A stretch of DNA of 64,000 nt from a virus, in the IMG/VR virus record IMGVR_UViG_3300032304_002285, positions 116,759-180,758 of that record, one strand, 5' to 3'. The translations under genes and the position numbers were made by a program. Shown here one piece after another: positions 17,218-27,297 of this stretch (its first letter is position 1; each line of letters begins with the position of its first letter). The notes beneath the pieces are model-generated. The model saw nothing but the letters and a program-made list of their open reading frames with translations. It ran no database searches and was not told the DNA's origin.

Positions 17218-20200
17218 GTTCACTGAAAAATGTTGTCATTGTTGTTTCGTCAAAGGACGTTGATGTAAATCCCATTCTTTCTTCCTTGGGTGTCTCTAAG
17301 TTTGAAGTAAACGTAACTTGGCCAAAAGAGAATCTTTCTCTCTTGGATGAGATTATGGCTATTCAGCCTAAATTGGTCATTCAAATTGGCCAGCAGTTTA
17401 CTCGACGCTTCCCATTTCTCCCAGATGGTATTGCCCCAGATGATTCTTTGAAGAAGAGAGTTAATCTGGCTGTTGCAGATCGGTATGTTGGTCTTCATCA
17501 TCATGATGAATTCAGCTTGCAAGATGGACTTGGTTCTGTGAATCAGCTAGGGGACCTCTTGAAGGCTCAGCGCCGTTCCTTTCTTGCTGTTACTAATCAT
17601 GGGTCTATTGGTGGTTGGATTAAGCAGTATAACACTTGTAAGGCTTTGGGTTTGAAGTGTCTTTTCGGGATGGAGGCTTATGTAGAGAACTATAGAGGAG
17701 ACGATGCTGAAGAAAAGAAAAAACACCGTTCAGCTAATCACTTAATTCTTTTGGCTAAGACCAAAGAGGGGTTTGATAATCTGATACGGATTCACAATGA
17801 TGCCCAGTTAAATGGGTTTTATTACTCTCCTCGTTGTGACTGGGAGGCATTTAAGAAATGGGGCAAGGGAATTATTGCCACAAGTAGTTGTGCTGCGGGG
17901 GAAATTCCAAGAGCCTTAATGCAGAATGACTATGAGAAAGCTGAGCAAATTGCAAAGCTTTATAAGGAATGTTTTGATCAATTTTATCTAGAGCTTCAGA
18001 TAATCGAAATGCCTGAACAGCGAGAGATCAATAGGCGGTTGATTGAGTTTTCTCAAAAGGTAGGGATTGAGCTTGTTCTTGCCTGCGACTCCCATTATCT
18101 AGATTCTTCTCATTCTGATACACACAGCCTCCTGATGTATATTCGGCAAAAGAAAACGATTGCTGATGTTAAGGAGGTTGATGAGGATGTTTGGGATTTT
18201 GAGGTAAAGAATTTGTTCTACAGAAATGCAGAGCAAATGGAAGATGTATTTCGGGGTGGCTTTACAACCAAAAATGGGACAAAGCATTTACCGTTTTTGG
18301 ATGATGTTTTCACTGAAGATGTTTTTTATAAGGCAATGGATAACACTAGGAAGATAGCTCTTTCTATTGAAGACATTGTTTTGGATTCAACGATTAAACT
18401 TCCAAGACTTTATCCTGATAGTAAGCAGATTCTTAAAGAGAAGATTAATGTTGGGTTTAAGTTTCTTGGTTTGCACTTGAAGCCAAATAAACAGGAGTAC
18501 ATGGATCGTGTTCGGTATGAGTTTGAAGTGATTACCCGTCTTGGGTGGGCAGATTATTTTCTGGTTATGGAGAAAATCATTTCTGCTACAAAAGAGAAAT
18601 ATGGGGAATTTTCTGTTGGGTATGGTAGAGGTTCGGCGGCTGGGTGTTTGGTGTCTTGGTGTTTGGGCTTAACTGATTGTGATCCATTGAAATATGGATT
18701 GCTTTTTGAACGATTCCTGGATGAAAGCCGTTCAGATCCACCGGATATTGACTCTGATTTTGATCCTCGTTGTCGGGACTGGGTAAAGGAATATGTTGTT
18801 AAAACCTTTGGGCAAAACAACACATGTTCCATTGGTACTTATGGAACATATAAGACTCGTGCTGTTATTCTTGACATTGCTCGCGCATTGGCTTTGGATT
18901 ATCACGAGGCTCAAGAATTGACTAAGAGTTTGGAAATGACTGTTTCAGTTGAGAATGACGAGGGAGACGATGAGGATTTTAGCATTGATAAGGTTGATTT
19001 TGATGAACTAATAGAACAGTTCCAGGATCTCAAATTGTATTTTGAGAAGCATCCAGAGGTTTTGTTTCATGCAAGGATTCTTCGTAATCAAGTTAAGCAT
19101 GTAAGTACACATGCGGGTGGAGTGATTATTAGTGATTTGGACTTGAGGGATAGGATTCCCGTTTTTGAAGACAAAAAAGGCAAGGTTGTTTCTTGCTGGA
19201 ATGAGTCTGGTAATGTTTCTGAGTTGAGTAGCGTAGGCTTGGTGAAGTTTGATATTCTTGGGTTAAACAATTTGAGTGTTATTTCTGATACGATTGGTTT
19301 AATCAAAAGGACTCAGAATAAAGAGATAGCCAGATGGGAAATCCCCATTGATGATCAAGAGTCTATCAAGATGGGGTCTAAGCGGGATTTGATTGGGATC
19401 TTTCAATTTGAGAATCCAGGGGTAAAGCCGGTAGTCGAAGCTGTAGGTATGGATTGTTTAAATGATGTGGCTGCAATTACTTCATTGATTCGTCCTGGTC
19501 CTAAGGACATGGGCATGGATATGGAGTATGCAAGGCGGAAGAGAGGAGAGCCATATGATGAGGTTGAAGTTTTGAGGTCTATGCTTTCGGATACTCATGG
19601 GATTATGGTCTACCAAGAGCAAGTTATGAAAATTGCCCGTGAATTAGCTGGCTTTTCAATGGCTGAGGCTAATAAGCTTCGGAAAGGTATGGGTAAGAAA
19701 AAGAAAGAAGTTATTGCTGATTTGAAAGTCAAGTTTATGAAAGGTGCTCAAAAGGCAATAAGTGAGGGTTCTGCAACCCAAGAAGAAGTTGAAACAGTTT
19801 TTCGTAAAATCGAAAGTTTTGCAAAATATGGTTTCAACAAGAGCCATGCAGTATCTTATGCTGCAATGACTTGTGCCGAATTGTGGTTGAAGTATAATTA
19901 CCCATTGGAGTTTGTAACTGCTTTGATTAACAACACAGATCAAGGTAAGAAGAAGTTTGGTGTTGAGATGTTTCCTTATTACATCAACTATGCTCGAAAG
20001 AGAGGATTCCCTGTTTTAGGACCCGATGTTAATAATAGTAAAGAGCAGTTTACGATTGAGATTGACAAGATTCGTTTTTCTCTTGGTCATATTAGGAATG
20101 TGGCTAGTGCTGCTGATGTTGTCATAAAGAATCAACCTTATGTTGATATGGCTGATTTTTATGAAAGAGCAGCAGAGGAAAGTGTTTCTGAAAAGACAGG

Positions 20201-20735
20201 CAAGACTACAAAGAGGCGGTTAAACAAAAGGGTTGTTGAGAGTTTAATTGCTGCTGGAGCATTTGACTGTTTTGGTTCAAGAAATGATGTTATGCGTCAG
20301 TATTATGAATGTAGGAAGGATAAGAAGGCTGAATATTTCCAAGGGACAGATAAACAATGGTGTGAGAAAGAAGAGGAGATGATTGGGGTTTGTCTTTCTG
20401 TTGATCCGATTAGATGGAAATATGAGAAGCTGATAGAGAAGAATCGTTGGTGTCCTATTAACATGGTAAAAGAACGGGGTAGGACAAAGGTGTTTGGACG
20501 GGTTCAGAGTATTCGTCAGACTACATCTAAGAAGGGAAATCAGCAGCTTGTTATTGAGATTTCTGATGACTTGGATTCTTTGAGGTTTTATGTGTTTGGT
20601 GGTGGAATGAATCGGTTTCAGATGGAATATAAGACAGGAGATATTGTTGCTATTCCGATCAATAAGTTTCAGGATGGTGGTGACGTTAGGTTCTTTGATG
20701 TTGATCGGGATGGTGACATGGTAGAGAAAAAGTAA
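17160..20735 (+). CDS. dnaE: DNA polymerase III alpha subunit (family C) with about 105-aa N-terminal extension
   Basis: PHP motifs (LHHHDEFS, TNHG, CDSH), GRGSAAG, PDIDSDF, KFDILGL, YQEQVM, YGFNKSHA and C-terminal OB fold. Confidence 0.96.
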   Translation: MSSLKELYSIANVSDKERVGSLKNVVIVVSSKDVDVNPILSSLGVSKFEVNVTWPKENLSLLDEIMAIQPKLVIQIGQQFTRRFPFLPDGIAPDDSLKKRVNLAVADRYVGLHHHDEFSLQDGLGSVNQLGDLLKAQRRSFLAVTNHGSIGGWIKQYNTCKALGLKCLFGMEAYVENYRGDDAEEKKKHRSANHLILLAKTKEGFDNLIRIHNDAQLNGFYYSPRCDWEAFKKWGKGIIATSSCAAGEIPRALMQNDYEKAEQIAKLYKECFDQFYLELQIIEMPEQREINRRLIEFSQKVGIELVLACDSHYLDSSHSDTHSLLMYIRQKKTIADVKEVDEDVWDFEVKNLFYRNAEQMEDVFRGGFTTKNGTKHLPFLDDVFTEDVFYKAMDNTRKIALSIEDIVLDSTIKLPRLYPDSKQILKEKINVGFKFLGLHLKPNKQEYMDRVRYEFEVITRLGWADYFLVMEKIISATKEKYGEFSVGYGRGSAAGCLVSWCLGLTDCDPLKYGLLFERFLDESRSDPPDIDSDFDPRCRDWVKEYVVKTFGQNNTCSIGTYGTYKTRAVILDIARALALDYHEAQELTKSLEMTVSVENDEGDDEDFSIDKVDFDELIEQFQDLKLYFEKHPEVLFHARILRNQVKHVSTHAGGVIISDLDLRDRIPVFEDKKGKVVSCWNESGNVSELSSVGLVKFDILGLNNLSVISDTIGLIKRTQNKEIARWEIPIDDQESIKMGSKRDLIGIFQFENPGVKPVVEAVGMDCLNDVAAITSLIRPGPKDMGMDMEYARRKRGEPYDEVEVLRSMLSDTHGIMVYQEQVMKIARELAGFSMAEANKLRKGMGKKKKEVIADLKVKFMKGAQKAISEGSATQEEVETVFRKIESFAKYGFNKSHAVSYAAMTCAELWLKYNYPLEFVTALINNTDQGKKKFGVEMFPYYINYARKRGFPVLGPDVNNSKEQFTIEIDKIRFSLGHIRNVASAADVVIKNQPYVDMADFYERAAEESVSEKTGKTTKRRLNKRVVESLIAAGAFDCFGSRNDVMRQYYECRKDKKAEYFQGTDKQWCEKEEEMIGVCLSVDPIRWKYEKLIEKNRWCPINMVKERGRTKVFGRVQSIRQTTSKKGNQQLVIEISDDLDSLRFYVFGGGMNRFQMEYKTGDIVAIPINKFQDGGDVRFFDVDRDGDMVEKK

Positions 20736-21065
20736 ATGGAGGTAAGTATGTTGAAGGTTGGCGATGCGATCAAGGTTAAGACAACGACTAAGGATGATGT
20801 TTTCGGAGAGTGTGTTTATAAAGTTGTAGAGGTTGGGCTTAAATGCCCATTCTGCAAGAAAGATGATGGTATTCGTTTCTCGATGTTTGGGGGGACTGGT
20901 CCTGCTGCTCGTCCTGGGTATCTTGTTACAGATTGCCCTGAGCGAGTGCAGAACGATATCAAGCGTGGGGTTACTGTTGTCTTGACTTCGGCTCAGGCGA
21001 ATCTTTTTGAGAAGCATTATTCTGACAAGGGTGCTTCTCGCCCTAGTCACGAAATTGAGATGTAA
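20736..21065 (+). CDS. Hypothetical protein with CxxC
   Basis: CPFC; GGAGG SD. Confidence 0.6.
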   Translation: MEVSMLKVGDAIKVKTTTKDDVFGECVYKVVEVGLKCPFCKKDDGIRFSMFGGTGPAARPGYLVTDCPERVQNDIKRGVTVVLTSAQANLFEKHYSDKGASRPSHEIEM

Positions 21066-21094
21066 TTTGTGACAATCACAAGGCGATAAGTATT

Positions 21095-22009
21095 ATGAGT
21101 AAAGTTTCAATTGTGGTGTGTTGGCGTCATGGCACTGAAGATATGATTACTGCTTGCTTGAAGAGCATCGGTAAGCATACGAAAGATGTTGATTATGACG
21201 TTATGCTTGTAAGCTTATTGCCTTGTGAGTCAAATCTTAATCCGATGCCTATTTTGAAAGATATTGTTTCTGTAAAAGCATTAAAGGTTATTGGTCTTCC
21301 TATGGGTGTAGAGGAGGCGACTAGTAAGACTCATGGAAAAATGCTTGATGCTATTATTCCTAATCGGATTGATAGCGAATATTTTTTGACTTTGGATTCA
21401 GATTGTTTCCCCGTAGCAGATGGTTGGTTAAGTGATTTAATTAAGATGCTTGAGAATGGAGCTAAGGTTGCTGGGATTCTTCATCCTTGGGCTCCTCCTG
21501 TTGGGGTTGCTACAAATAAGATTGAATACAGGGTAAGATCTCAACATTGTTGGGAAAGGACTCATGTTGCTTGTCAATTGATGAGGACTAAAGATTATTT
21601 GGAATTGCATGCTAATGGTTGTCGATTTAATGGTGGGGATGACACTGGATTGTTGATTCCTAAGATGGTAAAAGAGATGGGTGGCATTATAGACGGGTTT
21701 AAGGTTACTCGTTGCCCTAAGGTCTGGGAAGGGGATTTAGACCCTGAATTTAATAGGTATGTGTGTTTGGTTTTTGGGGATAAGGTTTATCATCATGGTG
21801 GATTTAGTCGGGTTAGGACTACAGATGATGAAAGAGTTTTTGGCAAGAGTTTTACATGGTGTGAGGATTTGGTGTTATGGGGAAGAGGTGCAGAGTTTCT
21901 ATTGAATGATCGGTTCTGTTATAAATTCAAACTTGATAGAGAAGAGGACGTTGCTAAGGAAAAGATGGAGAGACTGTTTGGTTTGTCCAGTAAGAGGTTG
22001 GCTGGGTGA
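21095..22009 (+). CDS. GT-A fold (GT2-like) glycosyltransferase, paralog 1
   Basis: SIVVCW...LTLDSDCFP DxD motif. Confidence 0.7.
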   Translation: MSKVSIVVCWRHGTEDMITACLKSIGKHTKDVDYDVMLVSLLPCESNLNPMPILKDIVSVKALKVIGLPMGVEEATSKTHGKMLDAIIPNRIDSEYFLTLDSDCFPVADGWLSDLIKMLENGAKVAGILHPWAPPVGVATNKIEYRVRSQHCWERTHVACQLMRTKDYLELHANGCRFNGGDDTGLLIPKMVKEMGGIIDGFKVTRCPKVWEGDLDPEFNRYVCLVFGDKVYHHGGFSRVRTTDDERVFGKSFTWCEDLVLWGRGAEFLLNDRFCYKFKLDREEDVAKEKMERLFGLSSKRLAG

Positions 22010-22147
22010 AGTATTCTTACTGTGCATCGTTGTATAAATCATTTCTTGAAGGTAGGTATTCTTTTTCCTCTCTTAAGATTTTAAGGATGAAAAATATTTT
22101 ATTTGAAGTTGAAGGTATGATTGTGATTTTAAAGGAGAGAAGATTTT

Positions 22148-23056
22148 ATGGGTGTTGTAATTTTAGCGGCTTATCGTCCAGGGACTAGGGATGTTTTCCA
22201 ATCTTGTCTTGAAAGTGTATTTAAATATACAGACAAAGATCAAATTGATTTTCGTATTATTTATGACAAAGCTTTGCCTCTTGATATTGAGGATTTGATT
22301 TCAAAGTTTCCTGTTAGTGTTTATGGATATGGAGTTCAGGATGGACTTCGGGGAAGTTTTATCCATGGAACTCTATTGAATCAGGCTTTAAAAGAGAAGA
22401 TGAGTGGCGATTATCTTTTGACTTTAGATTCGGATTGTTTCCCCGTAGCGAGTGGTTGGTTGGATGATCTAATTAAGATGCTTAAGAATGGGGCTGGGGT
22501 TGCTGGGATTTTGTATCCTTGGCAACCAATTCCCATTGGTGTTATGAAGGGTAATATTGAGAGGAGAATCCGGGAAAAACATTGTTGGAACAATACACAT
22601 GTTGCTTGTCAGTTAACTAAGCTTTCTTTTGTTTATGATAACAACATTGATTATATGGCCAATGATGACACGGGGTTTATGGTTCCTTGTAAGGCACATG
22701 AGTTAGGTCTTCCGGTTACTGGATTTAAGCTAACCCGTTGCTGTAAGGCGAATGATGGGGTTGATTTTAATCCAGAATTTAACAGGCATGTTTGTTTGGT
22801 TTATGGAGACAAGGTTTTCCATTATGGTGGAGCCACCCAAACATTAACTGGGTATAAAATTGATAGAGACGATATGTTTTCTGATGCTTGCAGGAAAGTT
22901 TTGGAAAATAAAAGTGCAGATTGGCTTTTGGATGATTCTTTAAGTCATAAATTTAAGCTGGATAGGGAAGAGGAGATTGCTGACTTCAAGATGAGGATTA
23001 TGTATGCTGAAATGGTAAAATTCCTTGAAGTCAATGATAGGCTTTTTAATCCTTGA
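22148..23056 (+). CDS. GT-A fold (GT2-like) glycosyltransferase, paralog 2
   Basis: LTLDSDCFPVASGWLDDLIKML, nearly identical to the block in 21095..22009. Confidence 0.7.
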   Translation: MGVVILAAYRPGTRDVFQSCLESVFKYTDKDQIDFRIIYDKALPLDIEDLISKFPVSVYGYGVQDGLRGSFIHGTLLNQALKEKMSGDYLLTLDSDCFPVASGWLDDLIKMLKNGAGVAGILYPWQPIPIGVMKGNIERRIREKHCWNNTHVACQLTKLSFVYDNNIDYMANDDTGFMVPCKAHELGLPVTGFKLTRCCKANDGVDFNPEFNRHVCLVYGDKVFHYGGATQTLTGYKIDRDDMFSDACRKVLENKSADWLLDDSLSHKFKLDREEEIADFKMRIMYAEMVKFLEVNDRLFNP

Positions 23057-23065
23057 GGTGTATAG

Positions 23066-23935
23066 ATGGAATTAGATGACTCAATTAAAAAGTTTAAAGA
23101 CATAGCAAACTTATGTTCTCAGACTTTACCAGGATCTTCTTCTGAGAATGCTCAGATTGCGACTTGGCTTGAAGAGCTTAAGACATTAAAGCAGAAATTT
23201 GTTGTCCAAGGTCCTCATTCGGGGTTGTCTCCAATAGTTGGGGTTTCCATTTGTATTCTTACCTATAATGTTTTGTTCTATAACAAGATTGCGGTAAAGA
23301 ATATCAGAGAGTTTACAAAATTTATTCCTTATGAGATTATCTTTTTTGATAATGGCTCGGATGATGGTTCTGTTGAGTGGTTGCAGGATCAGGGTTTAAA
23401 AGTGATTAAAAATGATCGGGGAGAGCATTTTCGCCATGGTTCTGTTTTAAATTATTTAGTTAGGCATGTAGCCAAGTATCCTATTACTTGTACTTTATGT
23501 TCTGATGCTTTCCCTGTTAGTCCTGAATGGTTGAGTCCTGCTTTTTATTTAAATGATAAGGTTATGCTTTCTGGTATTAGCCGGGGATATGGTCGGATTA
23601 CGAAAGACTATGTGTGTCCTTCTTATTTGTTTGGGTGGACTGATTGGTTAAAGAATCATTCTTTCTTGGATAATTGGCCTAATACAGATACAGGAGAGCA
23701 ATTAACAAGGGATTGTTTGGATGAAGGGAAAGAAATCAAGACATTTCCTTTTAATGCAGAAACCTTTGATGGTAGGTTTTCTGCCAAGAATTGTGATTAC
23801 AATGGTTGGACATGGCATGTTTGGTGGGGCGGAAGATCTCAGACGGTTAAGACTGCTGCTGGGGTGGAGTTTGAGCATGGGTATCATGAATTTATGATTG
23901 AATATCTTAGGAAGAAACACAATTTAGACTTTTGA
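23066..23935 (+). CDS. GT2-like glycosyltransferase
   Basis: SICILTYN, FFDNGSDDGS and LCSDAF. Confidence 0.75.
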   Translation: MELDDSIKKFKDIANLCSQTLPGSSSENAQIATWLEELKTLKQKFVVQGPHSGLSPIVGVSICILTYNVLFYNKIAVKNIREFTKFIPYEIIFFDNGSDDGSVEWLQDQGLKVIKNDRGEHFRHGSVLNYLVRHVAKYPITCTLCSDAFPVSPEWLSPAFYLNDKVMLSGISRGYGRITKDYVCPSYLFGWTDWLKNHSFLDNWPNTDTGEQLTRDCLDEGKEIKTFPFNAETFDGRFSAKNCDYNGWTWHVWWGGRSQTVKTAAGVEFEHGYHEFMIEYLRKKHNLDF

Positions 23936-23947
23936 GGTAAATAAGTT

Positions 23948-24862
23948 ATGGATATTCCTGTTCCCTTGACTGAATCTTTTTTTAACGAGTTAATTTCAAC
24001 CGAATTGATTTTAGCTCGTAATGTTTTACCGTCTACCAAATATGATCGTCTGGCTAAAATCCGATTTTTAGAAGATGGTAGTTATAGTGGGGATATGGTT
24101 GGTAAATGGGAAATTCTAAAAGGGAATTTGTTTGTTTATGATCAGTGGAAAAAACCACTTTTCACTTTTTACGGTGCTGAGGCTAGAAATGGATCATCGT
24201 TTTTGGTTGGAGAATCATTTCTTGAAGCTCAGAAGCTTGGATTTTTGAGAGCAGTTCTTTATCCGTATAAGCCTCTTGGTAATTTTAGGATTTGTATCTC
24301 TAGTCATGTTGATTATATCAAAGAGACGATTCCCCGTCTATTGCGTTCTTTGACTAGGGTTGCTTTCCCGAAGGAAGATATCTTGGTGGTTGTTGCTGGG
24401 TCTAAAGAATCAAGTCGGGCAATCATTGATGGAATTTCTTATGTCTACATTAAAGAGAACCATGATGGATTAAGTGCCTTGGCGGCTGTTTCGTCTATGT
24501 TTGGGGATTACTGGCTTCTTTTGCATGACACTACTGAGGTTAATGATGATTTTATTTCCAAGATGAGGATAATTGATGTTGGTTTGAATTTTGATTTCAT
24601 TTCTTTCTTTGGGGAGATTGGCCTTTATTCAGATGAGTTTATAGACTTGTTGAATAGTAGAGGTTTTTTCAATAAGAAGGTATCAAAAGACGGTATTTGT
24701 TCTTTGTGTGGTTTGTGGGATGATCTTGGGGAAGTTTCTAAATCTCGTCATGCTCAAACTAAAGACGTTTATGGGATTGGGAATAAACGTGACGTGATTT
24801 ATTTGGATACTTTTGGATTAAAGAAGTATCGGAGAGTGAGTGGGGTTGTAGCCAAACCATGA
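23948..24862 (+). CDS. Putative GT-A-like protein
   Basis: ICISSH...TIPRLLRSL...WLLLHDT; lies inside the glyco cluster. Confidence 0.45.
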   Translation: MDIPVPLTESFFNELISTELILARNVLPSTKYDRLAKIRFLEDGSYSGDMVGKWEILKGNLFVYDQWKKPLFTFYGAEARNGSSFLVGESFLEAQKLGFLRAVLYPYKPLGNFRICISSHVDYIKETIPRLLRSLTRVAFPKEDILVVVAGSKESSRAIIDGISYVYIKENHDGLSALAAVSSMFGDYWLLLHDTTEVNDDFISKMRIIDVGLNFDFISFFGEIGLYSDEFIDLLNSRGFFNKKVSKDGICSLCGLWDDLGEVSKSRHAQTKDVYGIGNKRDVIYLDTFGLKKYRRVSGVVAKP

Positions 24863-25275
24863 AGACTGTTTTTTGTAATGGTTGTTTTTCTCATTTGCAT
24901 TCGGGACATTTATTTTATTTGGGATTTGCTAGAGGGCAAGGTGATTCCCTTATTGTTGGGATAAATAGTGATAGATACATTAAATCAAAGAAGGGATATA
25001 ATCCAATTCCAGAAGATGAGAGACGGAATGAGATTATGGATCTTGGGTTTGTGAAAGCTGTTTATGTCTTTGATGAAGCAAACGCTTGTCCTTTAATAAA
25101 CATGATTCGTCCTGATGTTCATTGTATTTCTGAAGAATATGGGACTAACTGCCCAGAGTATGTTCTGTGTCAGGCTTTGGAAATTCGAGTTGCTTTTATT
25201 CCTAGAATAGGGAAGTGGTCAACTCGGGCAATATTGAGGGGTGAAGTTTCTTATGATGGAAAATCCAATCCTTGA
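24859..25275 (+). CDS. Cytidylyltransferase-family nucleotidyltransferase (RfaE-II/TagD-like)
   Basis: GCFSHLHSGH (HxGH), LIVGINSD and STRAI. Confidence 0.85.
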   Translation: MKTVFCNGCFSHLHSGHLFYLGFARGQGDSLIVGINSDRYIKSKKGYNPIPEDERRNEIMDLGFVKAVYVFDEANACPLINMIRPDVHCISEEYGTNCPEYVLCQALEIRVAFIPRIGKWSTRAILRGEVSYDGKSNP

Positions 25276-26542
25276 AGAATCTACTTTCAGGCACTCAGGG
25301 GCAAGAGGGGATATTGTCTACTCCTTGCCTACGATTCTTGCCCTTGGGGGCGGGAAATTGCTTCTAGTGAGGGATTCAGATGCTTTCATTGGAAGACCAT
25401 TGAGTGAACAAGAACTTGGATGGATGAAAGACTTGTTGGTTGGGCAATGTGGCATTTCTGATGTTTTAGAATATGACAATAGAACCGTCAAATACGACTT
25501 GGATAATTTTAGAAAAGCAAATGATTTAGTTGTAGAACATTTAGCTAAATGTCATTTAAAATATTTTGGAGTGGAAAGTGATTTGTCTTGTCAATGGCTA
25601 AAAGGGTTTAGTCCAAAGACGGTTGGGAAGATTGTTGTTAATAGAAGCAGTCGATATGTTGGACCTTTTAGATGGCAAGAGTTAAGAGGGTGGGAAAAAG
25701 ACTCAGTTTTTATTGGTTTCCCTGAAGAATATAATGATTTCAAAGAGAAGACTGGACTGGATATTCCTCTTTATGTCCCGACTTCTTATGTTGATATTTG
25801 TCAGGTACTTCTTGGATCTTCATTGTTTATAGGGAATCAATCTTTTATTTTTTCTTTAGCAGAAGCATTGAAGGTTAATAGGGCGCAAGAGGTTTGTTTG
25901 TTGTGTCCGAATTCCTTGCCTCAGAGTGATAATGGGTATGTGAGTCTGGATCAAAATATCCTTAGGTATTATGTTCGTGCAGAAGGAAGGAAGCCGAAAG
26001 GGATTAGAGAAGCGCATTCTATTTTGCAGATAAGGAATAAATTTTCTGGGAATTCCTTGCCTAAGCAAAAGAATATTTACAATCCGATTTTGAACAGAAA
26101 GCAATGTTCAATTGTTTTAATTGTTGAGAATGATTTTGAGAGGGATAGGCTGACTGCTTGTTTATCGAATATGCCTTCTAAAGAGATCTTTTGTGTTTAC
26201 AGGGATTCTTCTGTTAATGAATTAAATACTGTGTTAATGAATACATCCAGTGATTTGATTGTTTTGATTGAGGATCGGGTTTCGTTGGCTGGCTCTTGGT
26301 TAAAGGAGATGGCTTGTTTGATTGAAAACAATGTTGGGATTGTGGGTTGTCATGTGGGGAATGATTCTCCTATGCAATTAAGTGGCGGGGTTGTTGCATT
26401 TCCTCGTAAAATAATTTTAGATTGTGGTGGTTTTACTTCATTGAGTGATCGAATGTGGATTGAGTTTTGTCAGAAGATAAAATCTTATGGTTATAGCTTC
26501 CGCCAATGCAGAAGTAGTAATGTAAAATTAAAGGGTTGCTGA
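25253..26542 (+). CDS. GT9-like (GT-B) domain fused to a degenerate GT2-like domain
   Basis: HSGARGDIVYSLP; LFIGNQS...LAEAL; C-terminal SIVLIV...LIVLIEDR. Confidence 0.55.
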   Translation: MMENPILEESTFRHSGARGDIVYSLPTILALGGGKLLLVRDSDAFIGRPLSEQELGWMKDLLVGQCGISDVLEYDNRTVKYDLDNFRKANDLVVEHLAKCHLKYFGVESDLSCQWLKGFSPKTVGKIVVNRSSRYVGPFRWQELRGWEKDSVFIGFPEEYNDFKEKTGLDIPLYVPTSYVDICQVLLGSSLFIGNQSFIFSLAEALKVNRAQEVCLLCPNSLPQSDNGYVSLDQNILRYYVRAEGRKPKGIREAHSILQIRNKFSGNSLPKQKNIYNPILNRKQCSIVLIVENDFERDRLTACLSNMPSKEIFCVYRDSSVNELNTVLMNTSSDLIVLIEDRVSLAGSWLKEMACLIENNVGIVGCHVGNDSPMQLSGGVVAFPRKIILDCGGFTSLSDRMWIEFCQKIKSYGYSFRQCRSSNVKLKGC

Positions 26543-27297
26543 TTATGGTTATCAAACTTCTTCATGGTGGTGTTAGAAAGAGTTTAATTTTAACTTCTAT
26601 TATTCATGAGTGTAAGATCCGTTATCCTCAAGATGAAATTCTTTTGGAGACAACAAATCCTGAGATATTTAATGGGAATCCAGATGTAGATCAAATTGGG
26701 TTTTTCAAAGGGAAATCTATTATTGATTTAGATGTTATTGTAGATTCAATTTTTGATGCCCATTTAATGGATGTTTATTCTTTGGCTATTTTGGGAGACG
26801 TTCGGTTGAGATCTAGGAGGATGAGGGTTTTTCATCCATATCAAGATATTAAGGTTCCTGATGTTGTATATGTTGGCGAATTATTCTCTAATCGTTATCC
26901 TGAGATAGTAAAGCAAATCGCTTTGTCTTATCCAAAGATGTCTGTTCTTGGATATTCAGCAAATGATTTGTGTCTTTTGGTTAATCTGTTAAGTCAGGGT
27001 AAAGCTTTTGTTGGTTGTGCAGAGGATATGTCTTGGGTTGCGATGGCAACTAATATCCCGATGGTTTTTGTTAATGGATTTTTTTCTGAAAAGCATATTC
27101 GTCCCTTCAGAGAGGGGATTCCATGCAGAATGGTTTCGGGTGAATGTTGTAGCAAAAATGAGTGTTTAAAATTGAATGCAGTTTCTTTATTTAATAATGT
27201 TTTGAAGATTAAATGTGCGAATAAACAAGAGAACATTTGTGAGACTGATGTAAAATGTGAAGAAATTATGGAAGCTTTATCTCAAATAGTTAAATGA
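26536..27297 (+). CDS. GT9-like (heptosyltransferase-fold) protein, divergent
   Basis: LLETTNPEIFNGNPDVD; FVGCAEDMSWVAMATNIPMV; C-terminal Cys-rich CxSKNEC...C. Confidence 0.55.
   Translation: MLIMVIKLLHGGVRKSLILTSIIHECKIRYPQDEILLETTNPEIFNGNPDVDQIGFFKGKSIIDLDVIVDSIFDAHLMDVYSLAILGDVRLRSRRMRVFHPYQDIKVPDVVYVGELFSNRYPEIVKQIALSYPKMSVLGYSANDLCLLVNLLSQGKAFVGCAEDMSWVAMATNIPMVFVNGFFSEKHIRPFREGIPCRMVSGECCSKNECLKLNAVSLFNNVLKIKCANKQENICETDVKCEEIMEALSQIVK

Noticed and set aside
17160-20735. Intein or split in dnaE
   Set aside because: All polymerase motifs are contiguous; no Cys-start/His-Asn-end block or LAGLIDADG motif.
22006-22188. 60-aa ORF between the two GT paralogs
   Set aside because: Overlaps the next gene out of frame, has no SD and no motif; more likely spacer DNA.
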